Shown here: positions 30,467 through 41,222 of the stretch, piece after piece
Position numbering within the stretch: position 1 is the stretch's first letter
Layout of the letters: the number at the start of each line of letters is the position of its first letter
Assembly (NCBI GenBank): GCA_963833985.1
Contig: CAWIAD010000002.1
Location: 3,104,001-3,168,000 of the forward strand
DNA from: an uncultured Planctomycetaceae bacterium
Lineage (GTDB): Bacteria > Planctomycetota > Planctomycetia > Isosphaerales > Isosphaeraceae
Direction of reading: 5' to 3'
Length of the DNA: 64,000 bases
Notes under the pieces: generated by a model
Database searches by the model: none
What the model was told of the DNA's origin: nothing
What the model saw: only the letters and a program-made list of their open reading frames with translations
Translations under genes and position numbers: made by a program

Positions 30467-32241
30467 TCAATCTCCTGGTCGGTGGGCGGGAACCGGCTCG
30501 AGCACGCCCAGACGAACACCGGGGACTTCACCCCGAGGGTAAGCACCCAGGGCAATGGCGGGGCTGTCGCGCGGGACCCTGAAGTCGAGCGTCAGGTCAT
30601 CTTCCAGACGGAACGGAGCGACGCGGCTCCCTTGCTCGAGATTCAGTTGCTGGCGGACCTCGTCGAGCGAGGCGTACGCCTTGTGTGTTTTCCACTCCAC
30701 ACCCCAGTGGAAGGGAGCCTCACCGGCGGGTGGGTCATACAGATTGTTCACAAAGGTCATGTGAAGCGCTTCCAGCGAGGGCCCCTTGTGGCGGGCCTGT
30801 GTGTGCTCGGGGGATGCCGCTGGCCAGTGACGGCCGTCATCGTTGTCGAACCAGCCCCACACCTGCGCCGAGCGGTTCGCGGCGAAGACGTTGTGGCGAA
30901 TCACCTCATCGTGATTCCAGACCGGCTCCTCACGGGCGCCCCTTCGGCCGTCGATCCGCGGGGTCGTCCGGTCCTGCTCGCGGAAGCAGAACCCTTCCTG
31001 GTTGGCCAGAATGAGGTTCCGCTCGATCACGCAGTCGGGCGACGACGACACACAGATGCCCCCCGATGCGCCCGAGCGCCCGGGGTATCCGCCCGGCCGT
31101 TACCGAAGATCACATTGTCGGTCGCGTGCAGGCCAAAACTGATCTCGTAGAAGATGCCGGCATCCTGGTTCCCCGCGATCAGGCAGTTCTTCACCGTGCA
31201 ATCCTCGTTGCCGATATCGAACCAGACGCCCGTGCCGTAGTTCTCTTCGAACCGGCTGTGCGCGATGACGACTCCCCGGCTCTGGCAGATCTTGTCGCCG
31301 CCGGCCTCCCAGCCGCGATCGAAGTTCTTGGTGTTATTGCGGCGGGTGACGCAGTCGGTCATGAGCAGACGGTGGGCCCGGTTCGCACCCCAGCCAAGCT
31401 GGCCGTTGTCCTGGAACGTGCACCGCCGGACCACCTGGCCTGGCCCCAGGAACACGGCACCGCTGGAGTTAGTTTGCTCGAAGACGCAATCCTCAATCAC
31501 GTCGCCACGGCCGTGGAACTGCGCCGCGCCCTGCTGTGCGGCGTTCGCGGCGTGCCGGAAACGCATACCCCTCACAGACACATGATCGCCCCGTCCATCC
31601 CACGACACGGAGCGCACGGACGCCTCGACGCGCAGCGTGTTCAGGTCTTCGTTGCCCGCACCCCAGGCAAAGAGCCGCCCGGCCTGCTCGTCCACGAAGA
31701 AGGTCCCGCGTTCCATGCGTTCGCGCTGGAGCACCTGGCGGAGGGGGAAGTCCTGCACGAAGACCTGCTCGGCCCGGCCGATCAAAAGGTGATGGTCGTC
31801 ATCCGGATGCGTCCTCGTCTTCGACCAGCCGAGGAACTGGTGCGTCCAGGGCACGCTGAAGATCCGCTCTCCCCGCTCCTTTTCCGCCCGCCATCCCGTG
31901 ATCGCATCGGCACCATCAATGATCACGCGGGCCAGGGGCGCAGCCACGAAACGGACAGGCCGTTCCGCCGTGCCGCTTCGGGTCACCACCACGGACTCGC
32001 GGTAGAGACCGTCATGAACGACGACGGTGTCTCCCGGCTGAACACTGGCGGCCGCGGCGGAGATCGTCCGGAACTGCTGGCTTGCGGAGAGACCGGTCAG
32101 AGGCTCTGACGACACGTGCAGCACCCGGCCTTCGGGTCCGGAAGCTTGCCCCGCGGCTTCTGCAAGACAGACGGCGGTGAGTTGAAACGCCGCAAGCGCG
32201 CACGCGCACACGGACACGAGTCTGACCGGAAGCAGTCTCAT
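30467..32241 (-). CDS. Secreted right-handed parallel beta-helix protein (frameshift near 31070)
   Basis: Signal peptide; TISAAA..PGDTVVVHDGLYRE; EAGGDK; GVWFDIGN; continues in ORF 30467..31051 (SSSPDCVIERN). Confidence 0.8.
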
Positions 32242-32285
32242 GACGAGAGGTCCTGGCGGGTCAAAGAGGAGTGTCGTCGCAGTCT

Positions 32286-33071
32286 CTATGATAACCCGAC
32301 CTGTTGCGTGGCAGAACCGCGCGGCATCCGAGGTGCCAGTTCCGAGCGCACCCAGGCGCGGAGACGGCGCGCCCAGTCCGAATGGTCACTGGAATCCTCG
32401 TCCACGACCCAGCGCAGGATCTCGTCGGCCCGAACCGGTAAAAACACGCTGATTTCCACGGGTTCGTAGGTTGAATCGTCTCTCAGACGCTCAATGATGA
32501 TCCTGCCTTGCTGGTGGTCAAAGCGCCAGAGCTCGGCGACGGCGAGCGCGGCATAGATTCCCGGCCGGTCAATTCTGGATCGGGAGATATCGACTTCAAT
32601 GGACAGGTCGGGGTTGGGATAGTCCGCGACATTCTCGGAGCGTTGCGACTTCGCCATGTTGGAAGCCGCGAGTTTTTCAGGCTTGAAGTAGTAGCACTCA
32701 TCAGACTCAAGGCCGCGGGCGACTTCGGGTCGTTTCCAGGTGGTCTGCCCCAGGCCTTTGTAAGGGATGGCAAGTTCCTGCGCGACCGCCTCCACGAACT
32801 GACCGAACAGTGTCTTGACCTCATCGTGGAACGGGCCGATCGGCGACATGAGCTCCAGATCCTTGCCGTCATAGTCGACGTGGACGTGCCAGCCATCGGG
32901 TATCGAGTCCACGAGCTGCTCATAAAACGCCCAGTCCACTCCCCGGATCACGTGACGTTGATCAGGGATGGTCAGCTTCTGGTAGAGCTCGCCCAGGGAA
33001 GGAACGGCATGTGGCGGGAAGGAAATGGGCTCGGAAGAAACCAACGGATTGTCAAGCGATGGCCTGCTCAT
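32286..33071 (-). CDS. Uma2-family (DUF820) putative restriction-like endonuclease
   Basis: GVDWAFY, LELMSP..H, GLESDECYY, PDLSIEVD, IYAALAVAELWRFD. Confidence 0.88.
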   Translation of the reverse strand: MSRPSLDNPLVSSEPISFPPHAVPSLGELYQKLTIPDQRHVIRGVDWAFYEQLVDSIPDGWHVHVDYDGKDLELMSPIGPFHDEVKTLFGQFVEAVAQELAIPYKGLGQTTWKRPEVARGLESDECYYFKPEKLAASNMAKSQRSENVADYPNPDLSIEVDISRSRIDRPGIYAALAVAELWRFDHQQGRIIIERLRDDSTYEPVEISVFLPVRADEILRWVVDEDSSDHSDWARRLRAWVRSELAPRMPRGSATQQVGLS

Positions 33072-33143
33072 TCTACCTCCATCGACTCGGGGTCGTGCCG
33101 CTCAGAGTCACTTGAGGCAGTGCGAGTTCGATTGCGAGAGAAA

Positions 33144-33190
33144 GCGAGGATGACGCGGCTTGAACCCGCAGCTGCGGCGTGACAAGCAGG
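33144..33190 (-). repeat. Degenerate copy of tRNA-Asp 3' half (older att site)
   Basis: gcgaggatgacgcggcttgaacccgca-gctgcggcgtgacaagcagg aligns to 36527-36574 with several substitutions and a 1-bp gap. Confidence 0.8.
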
Positions 33191-33434
33191 AGATGCGTGC
33201 CATGGGCTCACATCATAACTGATTGGCAATAAGGACTTACGTCGATCAGGCGGTTACGTCACTTCTCATATTTTACCAGGATTTCGAACGATTTGCCGGC
33301 AATTCTCTGAAGGAATTCTGAATCCGAATATGATCGACCATTATTGCAATCCGCAATAGCCCTGCATCCGCATGGGCGATGATGGCCGGTCAAGTAAACT
33401 GAACGAGGCATAGGTATAACGTTGCAGCGCGAGG

Positions 33435-33800
33435 TCAGGTATCGACTGGGACCTCCAGCATCCTATCGATGAGTCGATCGATCATCTCGGTGTCGAAATC
33501 ATCGCCTAGACGGCAGTGTTGCTCCGGATCGTCGTTGACGATGAGCGGACCAGCATCGATGCCGCCACCATTCTCGCGAATCGACAGTCGATAGATGTGG
33601 TAGCCGGTCCAACTCCGATAGAAGTCGAGAGAGTGCGAGCGGAGAATGCCGAACCACTTGTCCTCCATGCTTTGAGGGATAAGCCCGCGCCTGAGCAGTT
33701 CCACCTCAGCTTCGGTGAAAGAGCGCTTGAAAGGGAGTTCCACTCGAGACAGGGACATCGGCTTGCTGCCACGATCCCAGGGCTCCGTTTGAGCGCTCAT
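33435..33800 (-). CDS. Small hypothetical protein with GLIPxxMEDKWF / RSWTG motif
   Basis: Motif pattern of a recurrent uncharacterised small domain; less GC-biased than flanking genes. Confidence 0.7.
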   Translation of the reverse strand: MSAQTEPWDRGSKPMSLSRVELPFKRSFTEAEVELLRRGLIPQSMEDKWFGILRSHSLDFYRSWTGYHIYRLSIRENGGGIDAGPLIVNDDPEQHCRLGDDFDTEMIDRLIDRMLEVPVDT

Positions 33801-34034
33801 CGAATAGCTTCCTGAGGAGTGATTGTGTGTACGACCGAGCGAGTTGCCTCACGCCCTCGAATGCATGCGTCAAACACTATACCAATAGACCGCCTCCCCC
33901 GCCGGACGAAACCTTGTCGCTGGAGTCGAGTACGAGTTTGCCGAAACTCCAGCACGGGCGGCCCCGGCACGTTCTCTGCCCGCCCCGGGTGAGCTCCCGT
34001 ACTCGCGAGCCTCGCGGCGCTGATCATGGAGTCC

Positions 34035-34805
34035 TCATGGGTCTGTCTGGACACCCTCCAGCACCCCGCGCCAGAAGGCTGGCATGCCGCCATAGGCGGC
34101 CTGGTAGGTCGGCTCCAGCGGCGCATTGATATAGCGGTCGGGACGCAAAAAGAGCGGCATATCGGGCAATAAAGCGCCGAAGGCGACGTGCTCGACATAG
34201 ATCTCCACCACCGACCCCGTGGCGTAGCTCGCCAGCGTTGCCGGTTCGTCCACCGGCACATCGTAGGGCTGGTCGGAGCCTTCAAGCCGCTGGACAATCG
34301 CGCCATGCATACCGCAGGGATCATGGGAGCCGGGAGGAAACACGTCCACCAAGAGCAGATGCACGCCCAGGTCCAGGGCGGACACAGCCTTGGCGGCAAA
34401 GTCCTCGACCTGGCTGGCGCGGTCCTTGTTTGTTGGCGAGACGATCTCGATCAGAGCGACGAGGCGGTGACCGCTCACGTGGCGAATGGCCAGCGAGCGG
34501 CGACGGGCCACCGCCGCAGGTTCCACCGTGTGCCTCCGCCGCGTCCGTGGGGGCGCGTCGGCCAGGGCGACGCCGCCGGTTGCCGGGGGTAGGGGCAATC
34601 GTGCCGGCACCGGCTCCAGACTGGCAGGGCTGGCGTGGAGGGTCAGTACATCCGCGATCGCTCGGCCGGCATGCTGCTCCGCCAGAGCATAGTAACCCTC
34701 CGGCAACAGGCCGCCGTTGAGAAACTTCTGGATTTCCGGGATCCAGGCGACGTGAAACGCGTGAAAAATCCCGGCTTCAACCCGGGTCCAGTCGTGCAAA
34801 GGCAT
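34035..34805 (-). CDS. DUF4058-family protein
   Basis: MPLHDWTRVEAGIFHAFH, ADVLTL, IEIVSPTNK, LPDMPLFL, LEPTY. Confidence 0.8.
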   Translation of the reverse strand: MPLHDWTRVEAGIFHAFHVAWIPEIQKFLNGGLLPEGYYALAEQHAGRAIADVLTLHASPASLEPVPARLPLPPATGGVALADAPPRTRRRHTVEPAAVARRRSLAIRHVSGHRLVALIEIVSPTNKDRASQVEDFAAKAVSALDLGVHLLLVDVFPPGSHDPCGMHGAIVQRLEGSDQPYDVPVDEPATLASYATGSVVEIYVEHVAFGALLPDMPLFLRPDRYINAPLEPTYQAAYGGMPAFWRGVLEGVQTDP

Positions 34806-35080
34806 GGTGGATTCTGCTTCTCCTCCGCCATTGGTCCATCGTACCGCCGCCGACTGGCTGGAGTAAGGATCCTTTCCAGAGTGCGCATGAGTCTCGGAAC
34901 GCAAAGAAGGTGGAAGGCTGCCAACCCTTCCCGACTTTGCCGAACCATCCCCGCAGGCGATCCGTACCTCGCTCGGTCTACGCCCGGGAGGGTCGCCGCG
35001 ATGCCTCTGCTCAACAGATCGAAGAGTCATCAGACGTGTTGGTCACCGAGGATGATGAAACACCTTCTGGAGAAACATCA

Positions 35081-35128
35081 GCGAGGATGATGGGGCTCGA
35101 ACCCACAACCTCCGGCGTGATAGGCCGG
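35081..35128 (-). repeat. Near-perfect 48-bp copy of tRNA-Asp 3' half (att duplication)
   Basis: Identical to 36527-36574 except one mismatch at 35121 (first anticodon base). Confidence 0.95.
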
Positions 35129-35382
35129 AAACGGCGACTTCTGGCCGCGACACCTGACCATTATTGAGAAAGAACTTACGATCACTCGGGCGGTCGCGTT
35201 TGATACTAGACATTACCGGGATTTCAGACGATTTGCCAGCAATCCTCTGAAGAGATTCTGGAGCCGAATATCAATGCTCCGAGTGGGCTGCCGGAGTCAA
35301 GCCGAGCGAACTCGCCTCACAACGGTCGGTGAAGGGCAACGCGTCGCTCGGAGGCGCCAGGCCCTGAAATCCGAGCAGCCGA

Positions 35383-35600
35383 TTGCGGACTGGTCTTACA
35401 GTCGATGGATCTATGCGATCAGCTTTAAGACGGAAAGCCTCGGCGCATGACCCTGTTGATCTGCGGGTTATCACCAGCTCGATCAATGACGAGAGTGGCA
35501 CGGGCGGGCAAGCGAAGCTCGCCCGTATGCTCAACTGGCATCACAGCACGCTTTGGCGGAATCTGAACGAGAAGTCGCGGATCACCCTGACCCATTTTCC
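35383..35600 (+). pseudogene. Possible HTH DNA-binding protein remnant
   Basis: GGQAKLARMLNWHHSTLWRNLN resembles a helix-turn-helix; flanking parts look non-coding. Confidence 0.35.
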
Positions 35601-35695
35601 CCTCCTCTTCCCCTCGGGCACCGGACTTCTACCGGGGCGGCCGATGCCTCAGCTCGCGCCGCGATGGACCGCGCTTGCCGGGGATGGGAGGTGAT

Positions 35696-36079
35696 TTACC
35701 CGAGGGCGATTTGTCTTGATCGGAAGTCGACCGTCAGAAACCCACCCCTTAAGCAATCCAGCCCGAGCAGGCCATGGACCGACGTGCTGACGGGGAGCGT
35801 GTGGGCCAGGACGGGAAACCCGATGGGATGCTGGCCAAGGGCCGTCAGTCGCGTCAAGATGACCTTCGGAACGGAGGTTTCCAGGCTGCCGGTTGTCATC
35901 CGGACACGATCGGGCACGCTCGCCAGGTCGTAACCCAGGGCCAGCAACACAGCGTCGTTGAGCAAGCTGGTCGTCGCGCCGGTGTCGAGGATGAGTTGAA
36001 GGGCCAGGCTCCGATCGGGCCCGGTGACTTCCGCCTTGACCAGGATCGGTCCGTGCCTGGGGTCGAAAGGAAAGCTCAC
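35696..36079 (-). CDS. Retropepsin-like aspartyl protease
   Basis: LILDTGATTS catalytic motif, GLLGLDCL motif; GTG start overlaps the upstream stop (GTGA). Confidence 0.85.
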   Translation of the reverse strand: MSFPFDPRHGPILVKAEVTGPDRSLALQLILDTGATTSLLNDAVLLALGYDLASVPDRVRMTTGSLETSVPKVILTRLTALGQHPIGFPVLAHTLPVSTSVHGLLGLDCLRGGFLTVDFRSRQIALG

Positions 36080-36303
36080 AGGACGAGCACCAGATCCTCG
36101 GGGATCGTGCCCAAGAACTGGAGCGCGTACCGTCCGGGCGGGTATTCCATGGCCTTGCGACAGACCTCGTCTCGATCCGGGCCGTGGAAGAGGACTCGCC
36201 CCGCTCGGAGTTCGAGCGCCTCGTCGGTCTCGGGCTCACAGATCAGGACCCAATCCGGCGTGTAGCGCGCTTTGATCTCGTCGATCGTCAAGATTTCATC
36301 CAT
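36076..36303 (-). CDS. Small DUF5678-like protein, coupled to the aspartyl protease
   Basis: 75 aa, IKARYTPDWVLI..GRVLFHGPDRDEV. Confidence 0.7.
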   Translation of the reverse strand: MDEILTIDEIKARYTPDWVLICEPETDEALELRAGRVLFHGPDRDEVCRKAMEYPPGRYALQFLGTIPEDLVLVL

Positions 36304-36527
36304 GGCGGTGTCTACGCGGGCAAAAAAACCGGAACCACCGATAAACCCGAGCGAGGTTAAGCCTTCCAGGCAGGTCGTGGCTTGTCCGAGGATCTCATCG
36401 ACGGAATGACTGGCAGCTGGACACTTAGATTGCCCGGGAGTACACAAGTCTAGATTTGAATGTTAGATTGTTCCGACTTAACTGTCTGGCAGCGGCCACA
36501 CCTCCTCGGCCTACAAAAACTTAGAAG

Positions 36528-36601
36528 CGAGGATGATGGGGCTCGAACCCACAACCTCCGGCGTGACAGGCCGGTGCTCTAACCAATTGAGCTACATCCC
36601 C
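36528..36601 (-). tRNA. tRNA-Asp (GTC)
   Basis: GGGGATG-TA-GCTC..GAGC-A-CCGGC-CTGTCAC-GCCGG-AGGTT-GTGGG-TTCGAGC-CCCAT-CATCCTC-G cloverleaf; CCA not encoded. Confidence 0.97.
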
Positions 36602-36627
36602 AATCCCGCATGGTGGGTGCGTATGTG

Positions 36628-36656
36628 AAGATATCCCCGGGCCGGGGCAAAGTCAA
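36628..36656 (-). promoter_or_regulatory. Sigma70-like promoter of tRNA-Asp
   Basis: TTGACT (36656-36651), 17-bp spacer, TATCTT (36633-36628). Confidence 0.6.
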
Positions 36657-36797
36657 GGCTCGGGGGTTGCTGGACGGAGGGGCAGGCAGTAGGCTGAGTT
36701 GCCGAAATTCCGCATTGGCGTAGGGTTGCGATCGTGAGCACCCGACGGCGCTGGCCGGGGCGATCCGGGCGTTGGGTCCCTGAAGGGGTGAGGCATC

Positions 36798-37753
36798 GTG
36801 CAGGTCACCAGGGCGGTCATCACCGCGGCAGGACGCGGGGCGCGGCAGTACCCGGCCTCGGATACCGTGCAGAAGGCCATGCTGCCGGTCGTCGATCGCG
36901 ACGGGCTCTCCAAGCCGGTCCTCCAGATCATCGCCGAGGAGGCGATCGAAAGCGGCATCGAGGAAATCTGCGTCGTCAGCGCGCCGGGCGACGAGGCCGT
37001 CTACCGCGGCCACTTTCGCAATTACGCGGCCAACCTGCGCACGGCCTTCAAGGGGGTGGATTGGGCCGAGGAGCAAGCGCGCCGGCTCGTCGACCTGGAA
37101 CGCCGGCTGCGGTTCACGGTCCAGGCCGAACCCCTGGGCTATGGCCACGCGGTCTGGTGTGCCCGCGAGTTCGCCGCCGGCCAGCCGTTCCTGCTGCTGC
37201 TGGGCGATCACCTCTATGTTTCCGCCGAACCCCGGCGCTGCGCCGGCAGTTGATCGACCTGGCCGCGGCCGAAACCTGCGCGGTCTCCGCCGTCCAGGCG
37301 ACGCGCGAGCACCTGATCCACCAGTACGGCACGCTGAACGGCCGCAGGCTCGCCGAGCGGGCGGACGTCTACGCGATCGACGAGATCATCGAGAAGCCCA
37401 ACCCCACCCTGGCGGAGCTGCGGCTCCAGGTGCCTGGGCTGCGGGCCGGTCATTACCTCTGCTTCTTCGGCATGCACGTGCTCACTCCGACGGTCTTCGA
37501 GCTGCTCGACGGCCTGGTGCAACAGAACGTCCGCGAGCACGGCCAGATCCAGCTCACCACGGCGCTGAACGCCCTGGCGCGGCGCGAACGCTACCTGGCA
37601 CTCGAGACCCGCGGTTCGCGGTTCAACCTCGGAGTCAAGTTCGGGGTCGTGGAGGCGCAGATCGCCCTGGCCCTGGCGGGCGTCGACCGCGAGCGTATCC
37701 TCGCGCTGCTCGTGGAAACGCTGGCCAGGCTGGAGCAGCAACCGACCCGCTGA
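36798..37753 (+). CDS. GalU-like sugar-phosphate nucleotidyltransferase (frameshift near 37245)
   Basis: AVITAAGRGARQYPASDTVQKAMLP, QAEPLGYGHAV, LLGDH; continues in another frame with IIEKP and IQLTTAL. Confidence 0.85.
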
Positions 37754-37816
37754 GCCGAGCCACCCGGCCAGCCTGCGCCGGCTCGGCCCGACCCCGCGGA
37801 CCTCTTGAAGAAGACC

Positions 37817-40800
37817 ATGGAACCACCCGGCAAGACCCTGATCGAGACCATCACCAGCGCCGATCCTGGCGTCCGCGATCGTTCCGCGCGAATGCTCATC
37901 GCCCCGCTTGGCCTTGCCGCCAAGCTGCGCGCCTGCGAGGAGCTGGAAGAGTTCCGGCAGCGTAGCGAGAACCTCTACGAGCGGGTTCGGGCGTGCCTGT
38001 TCCTGCAATCTATTTACCGTTACGACGTCCAGGAAGATCCGGCCATTCGCACTGCCGGGCTGGTGCCCTTCAGCGGCTTCATGGACATGATGGCCAGGCG
38101 CTACGAGCAGGCGCTCACCGCCTTCCGCAGGGCGATGAAGAGCGACGGCCCCAACGGCGCGATCTGCAGCGCGCTGGCACAGGCCTACGACCAGGTTGCC
38201 TTTCAGACCCTTGCCGATCAGGTCCGCCGGTCGGTGCGGAGCTGCGCCGGGAACCGCTGGATGTTCCGCGTCGGCGCGATCGACGAGCATCCCCTGCACC
38301 TTCATCCTCGGCTCCTGGAGCGTGAATCCGAGGACGGCCTGTACCCCATTCTCGTCGAGCGGACGCCGGTCCGGCTGGATCTGTCGCACAGTGCCTGGTC
38401 GGACATCTTCTTCCTGGGCATGGATTACCCCGAGGGCGCGCGGGTGCTGAACATCTCCGTGGACCTGGGCGTTCACGGCCGCGACCAGAGTCCCTCCCCG
38501 CCCATCGAGTGCCGGGTGCGAGTGATCGCTCAGCCCATCCTGCGGATCACCAGCATCGACCTGAACGCCTGCAAGGACGTGGACACCCTGGAAGAGCTGT
38601 TCAACTTCGGCAACGACTACCTGGGGCTGGTGAAGGCGGGCGTGATCGCCTCGGGCCTCGTGCCGCCCTCGCTCGAAGGCACGTCGGTCCCGCTTGCGGA
38701 CCTGCTGGCGCGGGTGGTGCGCCCGGGCACGGGCTGGAGATCGTCAGCAAGGTGAACGACATTCCCAAGGGATCGCGGCTGGCCGTTTCCACGAACCTGC
38801 TGGCATCGCTCATCGCCATCCTGATGCGCGCCACGGGCCAGACGCGTAGCCTGACCGGCCCGCTCGACCTGGAAGAGGCTCGCGTGGTCGTGGCCCGGGC
38901 CATCCTCGGCGAGTGGCTAGGGGGATCGGGAGGCGGGTGGCAAGACTCGGGCGGGGTCTTTCCCGGCATCAAGCTGATCCATGGCGTGCCCGCGACCGCG
39001 ACCGACCCGGAGTGGGGCGTCAGCCGGGGACGGCTGCTGCCTGCCCACCGGCTCATTGACGGTCAAAACGGCCATTCCGGCACGGCTGGGCCGCAGCCTG
39101 GCGTACGGCCGTTCCCGGAGGCGCTGGCGGACAGCCTGGTGCTGGTGCACGGGGGCATGGCCCAGAATGTGGGGCCCATCCTCAACATGGTGACCACGAA
39201 GTACCTGCTGCGCGGCCACGAGGAATGGCTGGCGCGGCAGCGGGCGCTCCAGGTCTTCGATCGGGTGCTGGCCGCGGTGGACGAGTCCGACGTGCGCGGC
39301 GTCGGCCACTGGACGACCGAGAACTGGAACGGCCCGCTGAAGGCGATCATCCCCTGGGTCTCGAACGCCTTCACGGAGGCGATCATCGCCGAGGCGCGGC
39401 AGGCCCTGGGCAATGATTTCTGGGGGTTTCTCATGCTCGGCGGCATGTCGGGCGGGGGGATGGCGTTCTTCGTCGCTCCCCACCGGCACGATGAGTTTCA
39501 GGACCAGGTCCTGAGCATCATGCGCCGGGTCAAGTCCGACCTGGACGACGCCCTGCCGTTCGCGATGGAGCCGGTGGTGTACGACTTCCGGATCAATCCC
39601 CGCGGCACCTGGGCCGAGCTGGAATGCGGCGACGGTGCCATGATGCCCCCGCGGTACTACACGCTCCAGGTTCCCCGGATGATCACCGCGGGAACCGCCG
39701 CGCTCGATCCGTTGCGGAAAGCGGATGTCGACCATTTCGCCAACCGGTGCCCGGCCACGAGCGAGCTGGTCGGCGTGTTCCGCACCATGATCAACCATCT
39801 CTTCCCCGTGACCCGCAGCGCTCGAGACGACGCATTGGCGCGGTGGGACGAGGAGGCCCGGCGCATCCGCGCGGAGAACGGATTCGACCCGAAGCAGCAC
39901 GAGAGCCTGCGCGAGGACCTGCTCCGCGGCCGCATCGGCCTGTCCCGCAACCGCCTGCCGGTGGATCTGGAAATCCGCGACGTGGACGACGCCGACCTGA
40001 TCCAGGCCCATGGTCCGGTACCGGCCGGCGCCCGCAAGCAGGGAGAAGAGTCGCTCCGCAAGGGAGAGGTGGCCGTCGTGAGCCTGGCGGCCGGGGTGGG
40101 CAGCCGGTGGACGACCGGGGCGGGGGTGGTCAAGGCGGTCAACCCGTTCGTCGCGCTGGCCGGAAAACATCGCAGTTTCCTGGAGATCCACCTGGCCAAG
40201 ACCCGCGCGATCGAGCAGTCGCTGGGCATCGCCATCCCGCACATCGTGACGACCAGCTATCTGACGCACGCCGCGGTCGAGCGCCACCTGGCCCGAACCA
40301 GCAACTACGGTCATGAAGGGCCGGTCTTCCTGTCCCGCGGCCAGTCGATTGCGCAACGGCTGGTGCCCATGGCGCGAGACCTGACATTCCTGTGGGAAGA
40401 GACGACGCACGAGACGCTCGACGAGAACAAGCAGAAGGTGCGCGAGGCCGGCCGCCGGGCCATCCTTCAGTGGGCCCGGGACGTGGGCGAGGGAACCGAC
40501 TACACCGACAACCTGCCAATCCAGCGGTTCGCCCCGCCCGGCCATTTCTTCGAGCTGCCCAACCTGCTGCGGAACGGTACGCTGGGCCGCATTCTGGACG
40601 CGTATCCGAACCTCCAGTGGCTGATGCTGCACAACATCGACACGCTGGGCGCGACCGTCGACCCGGCCATCCTGGGGCTCGCCTGCCAGAGCGCGGCGAC
40701 CCTCAGCTTCGAGGTGATTCCCCGCCGCATCGACGACCGCGGGGGCGGCCTGGCCCGCGTCGCCGGCCGGCTACGCATCCTGGAAGGACTGGCCCAGCCG

Positions 40801-41199
40801 CGCGAGGAGACCGAGTTCGCTCTGAGGTACTACAATACACTCACGACGTGGGTGCGCATCGACGGCTTCCTCCAGACCCTGCACCTGACGCGCGATGACC
40901 TGCGCTCGGCACCGGAGAAGGTGGCCGACGCGATCCGGTCGCTGGCGGCCAGGGTGCCCACCTACGTGACCATCAAGGACGTGAAGCGGCGCTGGGGGCA
41001 TGGCCAGGAGGATGTCTTTCCGGTCGCACAGTTCGAGAAGCTCTGGGGCGATCTGACCTCGCTGCCTGACCTGCCGTGTGCGTTCCTGGCCGTGTCGCGG
41101 CTGCGCGGACAGCAGCTCAAGGACGCGGCCCAGCTCGACGGCTGGGTGAGCGACGGCAGCCGCGACCACGTCCAGTCCCTCTGTGCCTTTCCCCCGTAA
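37817..41199 (+). CDS. Fused GHMP sugar kinase + UDP-sugar pyrophosphorylase (frameshift near 38730)
   Basis: TPVRLDLSHSAWSD, DIPKGSRLAVS, GSGGGWQD and GGMSGGG (fucokinase-like GHMP), then LAAGVGSRW..K, PPGH, HNIDTLGA and QFEK (UDPGP family). Confidence 0.75.
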
Positions 41200-41222
41200 C
41201 CCGAGCGAGCGGTCAAGAAGCC

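Larger units (their letters stand above)
33144..35080 (-). mobile_element. Mini-island 2 at tRNA-Asp (no integrase)
   Basis: Bounded by tRNA-fragment copies at 33144 and 35081; terminal arm homologous to that of mini-island 1. Confidence 0.65.
35081..36527 (-). mobile_element. Mini-island 1 at tRNA-Asp (no integrase)
   Basis: Lies between the intact tRNA 3' end and its 48-bp duplication; carries a two-gene module and an HTH-like remnant. Confidence 0.75.

Noticed and set aside
35081..35128. Second tRNA gene with ATC anticodon
   Set aside because: Lacks the 5' acceptor strand and D arm; it is an att duplication.
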